Source of the DNA: Haliotis cracherodii
Lineage: Eukaryota
Assembly: GCF_022045235.1 (NCBI RefSeq)
Contig: NW_027266264.1
Location: 21,576,001-21,640,000 of the forward strand
Direction of reading: 5' to 3'
DNA: 64,000 bases
Below are positions 50,951 through 62,799 of this stretch, in pieces. Each line of letters opens with the position of its first letter. The stretch's first letter is position 1. The translations under genes were made by a program, and so were the position numbers. Under the pieces are notes generated by a model. That model did no database searches. It worked only from the letters and a program-made list of their open reading frames with translations, and was not told the DNA's origin.

Positions 50951-53880
50951 CCCCCAAGTGTGACCCCAAGCCGACACACTTGTCATTTTGCGACTGTGTA
51001 TATTGTCTGTCTACTGTATGTATGTGGTTTTGCATTTGGTTACTTTTGAAATGTATATGTATATGTGTATCTACATGTTTATAGCTAGTATGTATTTATC
51101 TAAAAGTATATAAACACTGACCACCATAGCCAGTGCATTCACAACAATGCTACCTAATGTGTTAGTACGCGTATGAATTGGGTGTATTTGTTTGAAATGT
51201 TATATTGTATACCCGATTGTTTCAGGGTCTTTACTTTCAATACCATGTGGAATACAATTATTAGCCATCGAAGAACACAGTAGCTTCTGTTGTCTGTGTG
51301 GGTTGGACATAGTCCTACTACATGTTCGCTTGAACAAACAAGGGAATATATGGTGGAAGTCAAAATAAAAATTGCATTGGACATATTTTGATGCGGCAAA
51401 TTTCGTAATTTCCTCCACGTATCTACCTTATAACCTTTCAACATCTTTACTGGGGCCACTACTCATGATCATGCGTCACTGTCGAATATCTATAAAACTC
51501 GCCTGAATACTGTTTCAATCTGGCAGGAATTCGGTATTTTCAGGTAGGTATCCAATCCGCACAAGGCAAGTAGATTAAATTAAAATGAGGGTGTAACATG
51601 GATTTTTATATAGATAGAGCCAGCCATCTAGAAACTGTCTCAAACCGACACTTCGCAGACGACCAAATCTACCATGTTTGTTCAAATCATCCAAGGCGAT
51701 AACTATAAAATACACCTACTCTTCCAACATATACATTCTGTAGTAGTGATAAGAGCATGCATTCTCAGCATGAACTTCAAATATAATTAGACATATGCAT
51801 TGAGGACACTAGGATTTAATCATTATTTTGATATCTGCACAATCTGCACCATTACTGGCAATTATTAATAGGCAAATCTTGAGTAAAATATAAACTCAAA
51901 CTAACCCATTTATGTGTGTTGAGATATCTATAACCCGTACATTCTTTATGTACATTTCATATCTTAACCATTGTCATCACGGATTTGATTGAATTGGTTC
52001 AAGTGTACACTCTATTGCACTTAAAACTAATTAAACTGAAGGCAAACTGTACTGTAGGCAAAGCGAGATTGAACCCCTACCAGTTAGAAGACCCAATTAT
52101 CCTGACAGCTATACCGCTGTGTTTGAATCACCACGGACAATTGGGTTAAAGTGGTAAACGCCGGAGGTTTGCAAAACCTCGGACGTTCCTCTCAAATCAA
52201 GCTGAGACGCTGGGATATAACCGAAATACTCACTCGCTGCACAGTGACAGGTGCATCCTTATCATTAACACATCGTACAGGATAACAACCTATTTAAAAC
52301 AGAATGGGGCTCATTAACATACGAGGTAAGCCAGTAAAACAACGTTTTGTATAACTATGGCCCTACATTCCTAACAATTATGGGACGTAATAGTATCATA
52401 CAGACACTGTCCTATTAAGATTAAGACATTCGTGACCAACTCGTGTTATTCCGGGAGCGACTCGTGCCCCTCTCCTGGCCATTTTCTCGACCGTGTTCCG
52501 TCTTAGCGCAAACGGGCATACCTAAAACAATTGTCAACTCGTTGCGTAATGGTTCACATATATTTCCCCATACATTATATACATTTCAGATGCAATTTAA
52601 ACCACATCGGGAAGTGCGGAATTATACAGTATGATTGAACACATCTAACTGTGTCTTGGGTACAGTTTTAGATGCAAGACATATGTAAAATCAAAACTTA
52701 TTTCTGAAGGGTTCTTTGACGAAGAACTTGAGATTATACGAGCATTTTGATTGGTTTGTCGTATTTTCGCACATAACATTCATCGATAAGGGGGAAGAGT
52801 CTTCTTGCAGGTTACGGAAAGGGGCGACTGGTGACGAATGAGATTAAGACTGCCATGTTCGTAAAAAACAAGGGGCGGATAATTCTAATTCCACTCGTTG
52901 CCGACCACAGCACTCTACAATTTCAAAGTACTTCAACCATTGTCACTGACAAGTATTGCAAACAAATACATGTACTGCCGTCTCTACTGTTACGTAACAC
53001 ATTGTAAGGAATACAACAACTGCAGTTCGATTTACTTTGTGACCGTTAACTAAGGGAATGATCATGTGTTTCATGGAAAAAGTCATCACACTTACATTCC
53101 AAATGTTCAAAGGCATCACAAGCAATCTATGAGTCATCATTGCAAACGTAACAAAGCCATAACAATATGGAATATAAAATAAATGATTAAGCTTTGCGAG
53201 GAGAGCATGCGTATTACCTGAATAATAAGGAGGTCAGTTGTGTTAAACAAGCCACTTCATCGGCACTAATGGTTTCAATAGGATACCACCAGCGGCAGCA
53301 CTACAGGTATCTATATGTCAATATACTTGACACTAACTAACCGCCCAATCCACAACGTTTTAGCTTTTGGGGTCGGTTTTGGCAGATATTCGAGATTGCT
53401 GAAAACGGTTTAGGTTCACGAAATATACAATGCACTGACCTTACTTCATAGATATATTACCAAGATTACCATAAAATGTGTGATGATATATTTCCAATCA
53501 TCCACTATACCCTTTACCATTTAGATTAAAACGACATTAATGCGCGCATTAAACAATGCATGTGACACGGTACCCATCTCATCGTGACTATACTTAATTA
53601 TATAATATTCACTCAGTGAAAGTAATGGTTATAGATTAACATTTTATTGGCATGTACAAAACGAATATGCTCTCATATTAACAGTAATGTTCATTATTTG
53701 GTCTTGTATTTCTGGTAATTTGCAACGATGATTCCCTGAGGAGTCAGTTGGCAATTTATGCATGTCAATATGGACAGGTTTCATCTGATCTCCTACACAT
53801 TCTCCCTATAGTTTTAGGCACACTGCGTGGGTACCTTTAATGTTTCTAAGGGTCTTGCAGCAGGTGCAGGTCCATCTTTG

Positions 53881-53943
53881 ATGGCTGTTTCTGTTATGTG
53901 TTTGCTGATCTTGTGCCTGGTTGGGACCAGCTATGGAATGCAA
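53881..53943 (+). pseudogene. Candidate signal-peptide (first coding) exon remnant of the temptin/monooxygenase gene
   Basis: MAVSVMCLLILCLVGTSYG reads as a classical signal peptide and lies downstream of a pyrimidine-rich AG (tctccctatag, about 53811). The expected IPNG...GVGH...NPFG temptin segment does not follow; repeat-like sequence follows instead. Confidence 0.35.
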
Positions 53944-54439
53944 ACTCCGCACAAAACAGCAAACATAGGTCTTCCACCTCCAACAAGGCACTTTAAAATT
54001 CCACATCTGACAGTGGCAAAGGTTCCACATAATACACCAAAACCAAATATATTTTTGGGACAAATATGTTGGAGATACATCAGATTCAAAAATATATTTT
54101 GTGAGAATCTAATAACAGGGGCAAAATGCAATGGTCAAATGGGGGACACAATTGAACATATGTCTTCAAAACCGCTAACAACTACACTTGCACCAATTTT
54201 ATATAATTTCATATCATTTTGATCAATTGGTAATATGTTGTTCAATATGCCAATTGCTTTGGGGTGAATTGTGTTCGCTAAAATGAATAATAAGTCCTTG
54301 TATTGGCTGTTTATTTACATATTATACACGATATTGACACCATCTCTCAAATATTTGACCCCAATTTGAAGGCCGATGGGTGTGTTTCAGCTCATGTTTT
54401 ATACATTCAAAAGACAAAGCTCTACTCCATTTAGTATCT

Positions 54440-55830
54440 GTGTCAACTAATAGTTACACAATGGTAGTCATTAGCTCCGTTGTTCCTTTGTTTTTGGCTC
54501 ACCGTCCCACTGACCAATGATCCAGATATATGAGAGCGGCCTGTAAATAAGTAATACTGCTTGAAAACTGAAGCTATCATGAAGATAGTGACCCATGAAA
54601 GTACCAGTAATATCACAAGTGACATCATTCTTATTTGAGCACAAGAAGGAAATATACTTTGAAATTCTATCCTGAAGAGATTCAGTGCTCTCTGTGGTGC
54701 TTTGCTCAATGCTAAAACACCAATAAGCAAGTCAATGCCTGGAAATGGGAGAGTTTTCTTGACACCAACATGGTGATGTATCACCTTAATGTAACGCATA
54801 ACCCTTGGAAACAAAAGGCAAAAGCTCGCCCTAACAGCAGCAAACTTTCGTAACTGAACGCCACCTCATACTCATACTCAGTTTTAATGACATCAGATAT
54901 AAGCTTGACATTTACAATAGCATGGGGACAGTTCTGGCCCTCAGTATTCAACACTATGAAATAACATAGCATGGAATGTGATAACATCTACAGCTTTCTC
55001 TCGACGACCAACCCGAATTCTTTTTCGAACCACATGGGGTATCTGATTTCTTAGGGAATAATCTACCCGACTTAATAGGATTTGAACCCGTCTGAACAGA
55101 AGTGGTCGACATTTCCTGACCTGAATTCCCCGACTTACCTGTTGTGAAAGTACCCAGACCATTTCTGAGAGAGTAACCACACTGCCTGACATTATCCTTG
55201 TGAGTAACCGAGTAATCATCTTCCAAGGTAATTCTTTCGACTGCCTGAACTATGAATATATGCCTCAGGGACCAAATCATTAGCCTTTAAAATAGCCCTT
55301 GTCACTTCATCATATTGTGGACATCACATTTTGCAACCTTCTCAAAGTACAAGAAAACGTTGTGAACTTCCTTTTCTTGAAAATGAGGCACCAAACAGAT
55401 ATTTCTTGTCACATCAAAGTAACTGTGATCACATTTATTTTCAAATTTGTTTTTCAATTCCAATTTCCTTATTTTGAAATCTCTCTCCTCCAATTCTCTT
55501 CTCTCTTACCCCTCTGAATGTTTCCACTCTCCTCTTTTTCTTTTTCATTCTGAAATTATAATTCTGTCTTTAAAATATCTGACTCTTCCTCAATCAACAA
55601 CGTCAAAGCTCAGCCGCCCATACGTTCCTACTCAACAAAATATTCCAGAAATAGTTTCACTCTATTTTTATTGAAGGCGTGGCATCAAGACTATAACCGT
55701 TAGCTACAACTAACCATTCTGATTTCTCCAAAACCCTAATTTTCTCCTCACATGAAAAACAAATGTCTTAACCTTATATTGTTATTGTTATTGATTTTAC
55801 GACACATATCCCAGACGGACATAACCACAC
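54440..55830 (-). mobile_element. Degenerate Gypsy (Gmr1-like gag) remnant
   Basis: FDVTRNICLVPHFQEKEVHNVFLYFEKVA (gag), decayed zinc knuckle, VGVKKTLPFPGIDLLIG (protease end); PBS-like tggttatgtccgtctgggat at about 55826-55809. Confidence 0.65.
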
Positions 55831-56639
55831 AAATTCAATAAATAGTAATGTTATTTTGAAATACATAGGGTTAAGTTTTTACGCGCTACGTTCTCAAAGG
55901 AAACAGGAAGCAGTCACGCTTTCAGATAGTCATCCCTCCCGCTCTTGGCACGTTTATAGTCACTAGTCAAAAAGTTGAATCCCCTCGTCTTGTTCTAAAA
56001 ACGTACATCGGGAAAGCCTTTACCCAGATAGTATGTCCAGGAAGTGAATCAACGTCTGTAAATAAGCCCCTCACAGCGGAGATTTACTGGAAGCATAACG
56101 AAGGTATCGAGCGGTAGGGTTGTGCTTACATTGTAAACAACTAAGGAAGGTCACTCTAGATTACCAGGGAACACAGATAACACCAACGCCCGAAACTTGG
56201 ACATAGCCTTTATGTTTTAAGGCAATGTCCCAAAAGCCCGGAGGATGGACGTAGGCTTTATGTTAGTCTGTGGATACCCAGGAAACCGACGCCATTACTT
56301 CGCCATCGGATATAACAGACTTTCCCTTCTGCAGACATTAGATGTTTTCACTGCTTTGCCTGTTGTTTAGTTTCTGGTTGATAGTAATGAACCTAAGTCT
56401 CATTTATGAACCAATTGCCCAACAAAATCGGCTTGGTGTGCTTCAGGACGGCGTAAATTCTTACCATAAATGATGAATCTGGAGCGTTTACGATCAGCAG
56501 AAGCATTGGAACCCAACTAAAACTCTTGTCTTGTCAAAATCATTCCTCAGAATGTTCTCAGCTCACTCACGAGACTGGCGTCACGTAGCTGGAATACTGC
56601 TGAGTGCGGCGTTAAACAACAAACAAACGAAACAAGATG

Positions 56640-56756
56640 CCTACGGTATTGGCTATGTGACGTGTGATAAGTCGTCGATCGTCTATGGCCATATCATATA
56701 TTTTATCTACATTTTCCTTAGTCATGGCAGTTGAAGGTCTTCCTGATCTTGGATAT
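56640..56756 (-). mobile_element. Mariner transposase fragment
   Basis: PRSGRPSTAMTKENVDKIYDMAIDDRRLITRHIANTVGI. Confidence 0.75.
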
Positions 56757-56759
56757 TCC

Positions 56760-57268
56760 CCTCTTAAACTCCTCGGCACACCTCTTAAAAGACAAATGGA
56801 CAAGCTACAGCATGTACAATATTCAGTTGCCAGACTCGTCACACGATGTAGAATGCGCGACTATATAACACCAGTCCTCAAAGAACCGCATTGGTAACCA
56901 GTGAGATAGATGTGTGTTCAAGCTGCTAGTATTTGTCTACAAATCAGTCAATGTTCTTGCCCCAGTGTACCTACAAGAAGTCACTAAAAGTACCAACCTA
57001 AACGGGCGTTACGATCTGCAGATGGTGGTGCCTTCAGCCCGGACAACGACACATGGGAACATGACCTGTAGCAGAGCTGGCGCTGTTCATAGAGTGAGTT
57101 CCCAGTGGATGTCAGAAGAGTCAAGGATATCAGCAGCTTCCGGTCAACCCTCAAGACTATCCACTTCAAATGAGCATATGCCTGAGTGCTCTTGAGAAGG
57201 GACTGTCTGTATGAGATGCGTTGTATTAATCAATAATCTATAATTTAGTAGTAGTGGTACTAGTAGTG
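56760..57268 (+). mobile_element. CR1/L2-type LINE 3' fragment
   Basis: KLQHVQYSVARLVT...ITPVLKEPHW.PV...FKLLVFVYKSVN.LAPVYL; short (TAG)n tail. Confidence 0.8.
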
Positions 57269-57915
57269 ATGCAAAGGATAGAGCACCATCCTCTAAAGTT
57301 TACACAATGTCCGCATGGATGGCTGTTGGAGTTCCTTCAGTTAGAGATATTTGATGACAGTGTAGTAGCCAATCTTGTTAATTTTCAGCTGTCATCCCTG
57401 TCATCCCTGTCATGCCATATTGTTGAACGTTGGTTTACACCTGAGAAAGCAATACTCTAGATATAGGGCGGTGACCTGTAAACAGGCGAGTCAGATGCCT
57501 GCAAACCAGGGGCACACAGTTAATGTATTAGCAACTATGAAACGAAATAAAATAATTTTGTTCTCTGTCAGACTCTAACTGGGGGATTCCTAGAGACACT
57601 GAAAAAGATGAGTGGTCGCTTTTGTGAGTTCGCTGATTGGGTGTATTCGAACCCAATGTCATGGATCGCTGCTCGTGCTTGTAGTGACTGTTCTGTCCGT
57701 GATAGTAGTTCTTGATATCATTGACTATGGCGTTAAACGACACTCATTCTTTTATAAGGTCACGTAGGGGTTATCCATCAGTGCCATTTAACACTCAGCA
57801 ATACAGAGGTTAAGGTCATTTACATTTCACAAGGTGATCGAAATTCAGGGCTCACGATTACTTCATCGCGGCCTGCATAATAAAGCATTTGAAATGTTAT
57901 GGATGTTTTCTGCAG

Positions 57916-60900
57916 TGGACATCAGAACTGTGTCGTATAGACTCAGACAATGACGGATTGACCAATGGACAGGAACTTGGAGATCCGGACTGTGTGCGGA
58001 CTCCGGGTAATCTACCGCCCAGGACTACAGGCATCACATCCCCTGGTGAGATGCAGTATATCTACCAAACAGGTACCTTAGAACAGTTACTCATCAGGAA
58101 TGGATCGAGTAAGCAAGCCTGGTGAATTGTTTGATGTTGTGGATCGTGATTTCAACAGTAATTTGCCAGGTCCAGACCTATGTGTTGGCATGCTGAGGCT
58201 GGAATGTCAGCCACTCACGCACTTCAAACTACTGCTAAGCATAACATTGTAGTGTCGAGTAACGTTTTATTAATTTGATCCCCAGCAACCCATGCTTGTA
58301 GAACGAGGCGACTAAATGAACTGGATGGTTGATTGCGTCTCAATCGTACCCCGACGGCAGGGTTAAACAACATGTAATCAAATATATATGCTCATGCACA
58401 CGTATTCATTTAGTTTTTCACGGATGCCCAGTCGCTCCAAACGCTACAATAAGCTTGCAGAGTTGCGTCACTCAATCCTACATTAGCTTGTTAGCACCGT
58501 AAGAATGTCAAACCATCTAAGCCCTGCAACAACGCTGACACGTCGTGATAAAACTGAAAAATGTTTAAAGTGTCATTAAACCCAACTCATCCACTGTTTA
58601 ACTGTCTGGGTGTTTCTTCAGGTGTATGATCCGTGGCGCGATGCAAAATGTCAGGAAGCAAACAAAGACATAAGCTGTGCCATGGGAGAGTTTAAATATG
58701 AGGGCATCAACGGTGAAGGTAAGTTGATATACACAATGACGGAAAGTTGATATACATATCTATATGTAATATATATAAGCTCCAGATTGTAATTACCTCC
58801 CTTTCATGACATGTACCACCCATAATGCGGTGAGAGATACTAATCAGATAGTACCAGGTCAGGAAAGCATGGGGCATAGGGAAGTAATCCACATTTTGCC
58901 GCTGCAGTCACTGCCACTTCTGACACCATTTCTTTAAAGTTGAATATGAAGGACAGTCTTCCCGAAGTGTGCTTCTCAAATATTCGTGTATTTTCTCTGG
59001 TGACGTGCCTTGTTTATGCGGGTACTTTTTCGCAGTTGTTTGCTTAGTTTTTCCATTGTTGTGGTTACTCTCTAGTTGACTTCTCATAAACAGATGCAGT
59101 TATCAGTAAGTACCTTGAAATCAGTGCACACTTTTATTCTTCTTCTTGCCGACTTCGAGATTTTGTCTGACATGTTGGCTTTGCTATATGATACTGCGAG
59201 GTTGTGCTGGATGTAAATAATAACGTAGCTGTAGTTACGAAATATAATCCAGTAATTAAACACTTACAGAACAATACTTATCTTTAATGTCAATTATATA
59301 CTGTATGTTTTTTTCTTTTTTCTTTCAATACATTCTAATTTGTATATGTATCATGTTTGGGAGAAACATTCAGATAAGCAAAATTTGCTTGTTTGCCAAT
59401 TCCTCCACTTTATGAAAATAAATATGTTTATATCACCTCCGTCTTTTGTAATCCAAGAGTAATATTCTTCATACAAATGTTCAAACCTCACTCAGACAAT
59501 CGATGTATAACGCCAGAAGCATTCCGATTATTCCTCGTATTCCATGTGGTGTTTTCATGGCGTATGTTCATCATTATCTCTTGGCTGTTCAATGATATTA
59601 TTTATATCCATGACACCTAAGCAATGTGGTGTAGCCTGGTGATTAGAGCGTTCACTCATCACGCCGAAGACCCGGGCTCGATTCCCTACATGAGTACAAT
59701 GTGTGAAGCTCATGTCTGGTGTCCCCTGCCGTGATATTGCTGGGATATTGCTGAAAGCGGCGTAAAGCGATACTAACTCATTCACTCACAAAATTGTTTT
59801 TAATTAATATTGTTTCAGAAGTGTTTAATATTACACTGAGGTTTCCCCCGACTTCATTCCCTGCCAAGGAAACCACCTACATGTGTTTTATATTTGAGTT
59901 GTCCATGTTAGAACCTGATGTTGAGTACCATACGATAGCAACACAACCTTTGAAAGACAACGCTAATGTGATGCATCATACGACCATTGCTGGCTGTGAT
60001 GTAACGAGTAAGTGTACTGTTTGTGCGTTTGTGTATTGCCGCACTCAGCAATGAATATAGCTAAATGACCCCGGCCCGTAAATAATCGAGTCTTGTCAAC
60101 ACAAACCAGTGATCGATGTTATGAGCAACAATCCATACCGTCGGGGTGCAATGATATACAATCAACCAAGTCGTCAGCCTGACCTACCGACCCTTTAAGG
60201 CACGTGCCTTCTTGTTTTAGAGATGTATTGTATTCAAAAGGTTTATGTGGTCGAGAACATGAGACCTCTCTGCATAACTTGGGATGATGTGGAAATGTGT
60301 CAGTTTGATGGATCATAGCTGTACAGATGTGACTTTGGAATGCTCTTCAACAAAACGCATCCCGTTTGAGTCGGATTATTCACCAAGGTATCGAATCCGA
60401 AATACTATGTTATCATGAGACACGAAGGTATCTATTTAGAAATAAGATGTTATTATGATACAGCATTGTTTCCGTTAGGGGATAAACATTATCCTATTTC
60501 AGACATCCTGAGGTTGTTTATGAGTATTTGAAGCCTGGGGAAAGTTATCAGCATTCTCCATACACTCACTCACTGTTCCAGGTGATTGACAACTGCAGTC
60601 CGTGTCCTCCAGCTCTAACTGCAGTCAGGGCACTTCCATGTTTCCACGACAAACTCAGGAGTTTCACGACATCATCCATTGGCACATTCGCATCCCTCGC
60701 GGATGTCAAGTTCCTGGCTGCGATGCGCTCATTTGAGTGTCCAGCTGACACAAGTCCCCCTATTTATCCAACCAGTGGAGGTCCCAGAAGCCAGCAATCA
60801 CTTGGATGGTGTTGCTCCTTCTTGGTCTTGCATCTCTTATACCTTGATGCACATGCATGTAAAGTCCAGACAAACAAATCTGTCAGACCCGCTGCCATTG

Positions 60901-60923
60901 ATACTGATTTAAACGTAGGTTGA
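57916..60923 (+). pseudogene. Temptin-domain / copper type II (DBH/TBH/MOXD-like) monooxygenase gene, disrupted
   Basis: Exon 57916-58045: WTSELCRIDSDNDGLTNGQELGDPDCVRTPG...ITSPG (temptin C-terminal half). Exon 58622-58718 is 97 nt, out of phase, with TGA at 58627-58629. Exon 59819-60007: EVFNITLRFPPT.FPAKETTYMC...DNANVMHH...GC (Cu monooxygenase N-domain, HH copper motif). Probable terminal exon from 60582 (NCSPC...PCF...hydrophobic tail). Exons for the C-terminal copper domain are absent. Confidence 0.8.
59622..59789 (+). mobile_element. tRNA-derived SINE family A
   Basis: gtagcctggtgattagagcg...gacccgggctcgattccc...ccgtgatattgctgggatattgctgaaagcggcgtaaa. Confidence 0.85.
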
Positions 60924-61151
60924 TTATCTTTGCTAAAGTCTTGCTAAGGCATGTGTATTGAATTTGCTCTTCAATATCCCCAGAAAGGATCGGGTATGAT
61001 AAGGGCCCAAATGTTGGATGATTTAAGAAATATCTATGATAGATCAAACGAGTTAATAAAAATGTGCATTGTAACTTTGTCTTTTCATCATTCGCAAGGT
61101 TACCGGATATCAGAATTGAAAGTTCTGAAAAGTATTCCAGTTTTATCACTG

Positions 61152-61371
61152 CGTGTCAGCTAAATGTGTGAGGAAATATAGAAGTGATGCAGGTCGCAGA
61201 CGTTTACAACCTCGGTGAAACCCATGAGCAGGTGTATGGCTCTGACAAACCTAGAATATAATCGAGGCAAACCAGGATTCGAAGCCACAATCAGAGGTTT
61301 CTTGCGTGCCCAAGGGATGGAACTGCACAGCGAATTACGACGCCTTAGACGTCTGAGCCAGCCGTGCCCCC
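61152..61371 (-). mobile_element. SINE family C, second copy
   Basis: Collinear with 9640-9860. Confidence 0.8.
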
Positions 61372-61808
61372 AGGGAGGCATCAGCAGCTTCTTAAAGCGT
61401 ATATTCAATATTGAAGTCCTTTTTTGTTTGTTTGCGTACGAATGTGACTGAAGGCTTGATCACCGTCACATGCCGTCCGAGTACGAAGCCACACAAGTTA
61501 ACAGGTCACAGAGCCTGATCCCCCGATCCCTATTTCGGACGTCGTATGACAAGAATGAGACACTAATGATCCCTTCTACCCCGGAGGCCCCAAATTGACC
61601 CAAAATGTTTTTCTTAAGCGATGAAAATATGAGAATCTGGTGATTACATTTTGCATTATTCAGTCATTCAGTCTTTCACTCAATTTATATGTAGTCATAC
61701 CTTTGTAAATGAGAAGCATTTAGGTCAGTTGTCCCATACTGGTGCTACCTTATTAATTCTTTCCAAAATAAAAAAGTTGGGTGTGGGTAAGTGTCCTACT
61801 TTAAGTTG

Positions 61809-61884
61809 GGAATTGTCCTGTGGGCAAATGTCCATGTAGCAAATGTCCTGTGGAGAAATGTCCTGTGGAGAAATGTCCATGTGG
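61809..61884 (+). repeat. 15-bp tandem repeat
   Basis: (aaatgtcctgtggag)-like units, about 5 copies. Confidence 0.7.
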
Positions 61885-62039
61885 TCTGTCCGGACCCCAT
61901 GAATTCCTATATACGCACCACAAATTCAAATATATTACCTGTGTGAAGCATTAGGAAGCTGAGAACTGAGGAGGCAAGTATTACTCGAATTCACAAACAA
62001 ATTATTGTAGATATAGTTGAACGTCAGTTGTGGATGGGG

Positions 62040-62133
62040 TCATTGACGTGTGAACGATTTAAAAACGCTGGTAAAAACTGTGAGAACATCGGAGCTTCAC
62101 CAGCGCTTTTAAATCGTTCACACACTTCAATGA
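62040..62133. repeat. Long inverted repeat (about 33-bp arms)
   Basis: tcattgacgtgtgaacgatttaaaaacgctggt ... accagcgcttttaaatcgttcacacacttcaatga. Confidence 0.8.
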
Positions 62134-62530
62134 ACTAATCCAAAATAAAGTTCTGGTATATCAGTATTATATCTTAACAATAATTGCTTACATTGAAGTT
62201 CTCTGGGTTCACCAAACAACATTGCAACAATGTTACTTTGTCGCTATATTACGGCTCTCGATCACATACCCTTCCCTACTCATACTTAGTTACGCAAAGA
62301 AAAATAGTTCTTTGAATATATGCAACATAAGCTGAAAATATATCAATATCAACATAATTTTATTCTCTAGACAAACTGACAAATAGGTTTTGAGCTTCAT
62401 CTAATCTTCTACATTGGTAACAGGAAAGCAAACAAAGATATAAACATGACTCGATGCATTGAGGCAAGGTAAACCTTCAAGTGCGGATTTATATATAATG
62501 TCACAGACGTTTGTAAAGAGGTGTAGTTCG

Positions 62531-62799
62531 TTGGTTGGTTGGTTTGTTGTTTAACGCAATATCAACGCAATATTCCAGCGATATGACGACTGTCTGTAAA
62601 TAATCGGGTCTGGGCCAGACAATCCAGTGATTGATATCATGAGCATTGATCCACGCAATAAGGATCGATGACATGCATCAACCAAGTCAGCGAGCCTGAC
62701 CACTCGATCCCGTTAGTCGCCTCTTGCGACAAGCATAGTCGACTTTTACGGCAAACATGGATTGCTGAAGACCTATTCTACCCCAGATCTTCACGGGTC
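62531..62799 (-). mobile_element. Non-autonomous retroelement family B (LINE-like 5' end + LINE-like 3' end), full-length copy
   Basis: rc starts gacccgtgaagatctggggtagaataggtcttc and ends cgctggaatattgcg...ttaaacaacaaacc. Partial or decayed copies at about 9330-9560, 13700-13855, 29781-29945, 32022-32220, 37815-37960, 50760-50950, 56570-56632, 60020-60195, 63555-63670. Confidence 0.85.

Noticed and set aside
51154-51459. Cys-containing minus-strand ORFs upstream of paralog B
   Set aside because: No recognisable domain or consistent splice partners; paralog B already has its ATG exon at 50208.
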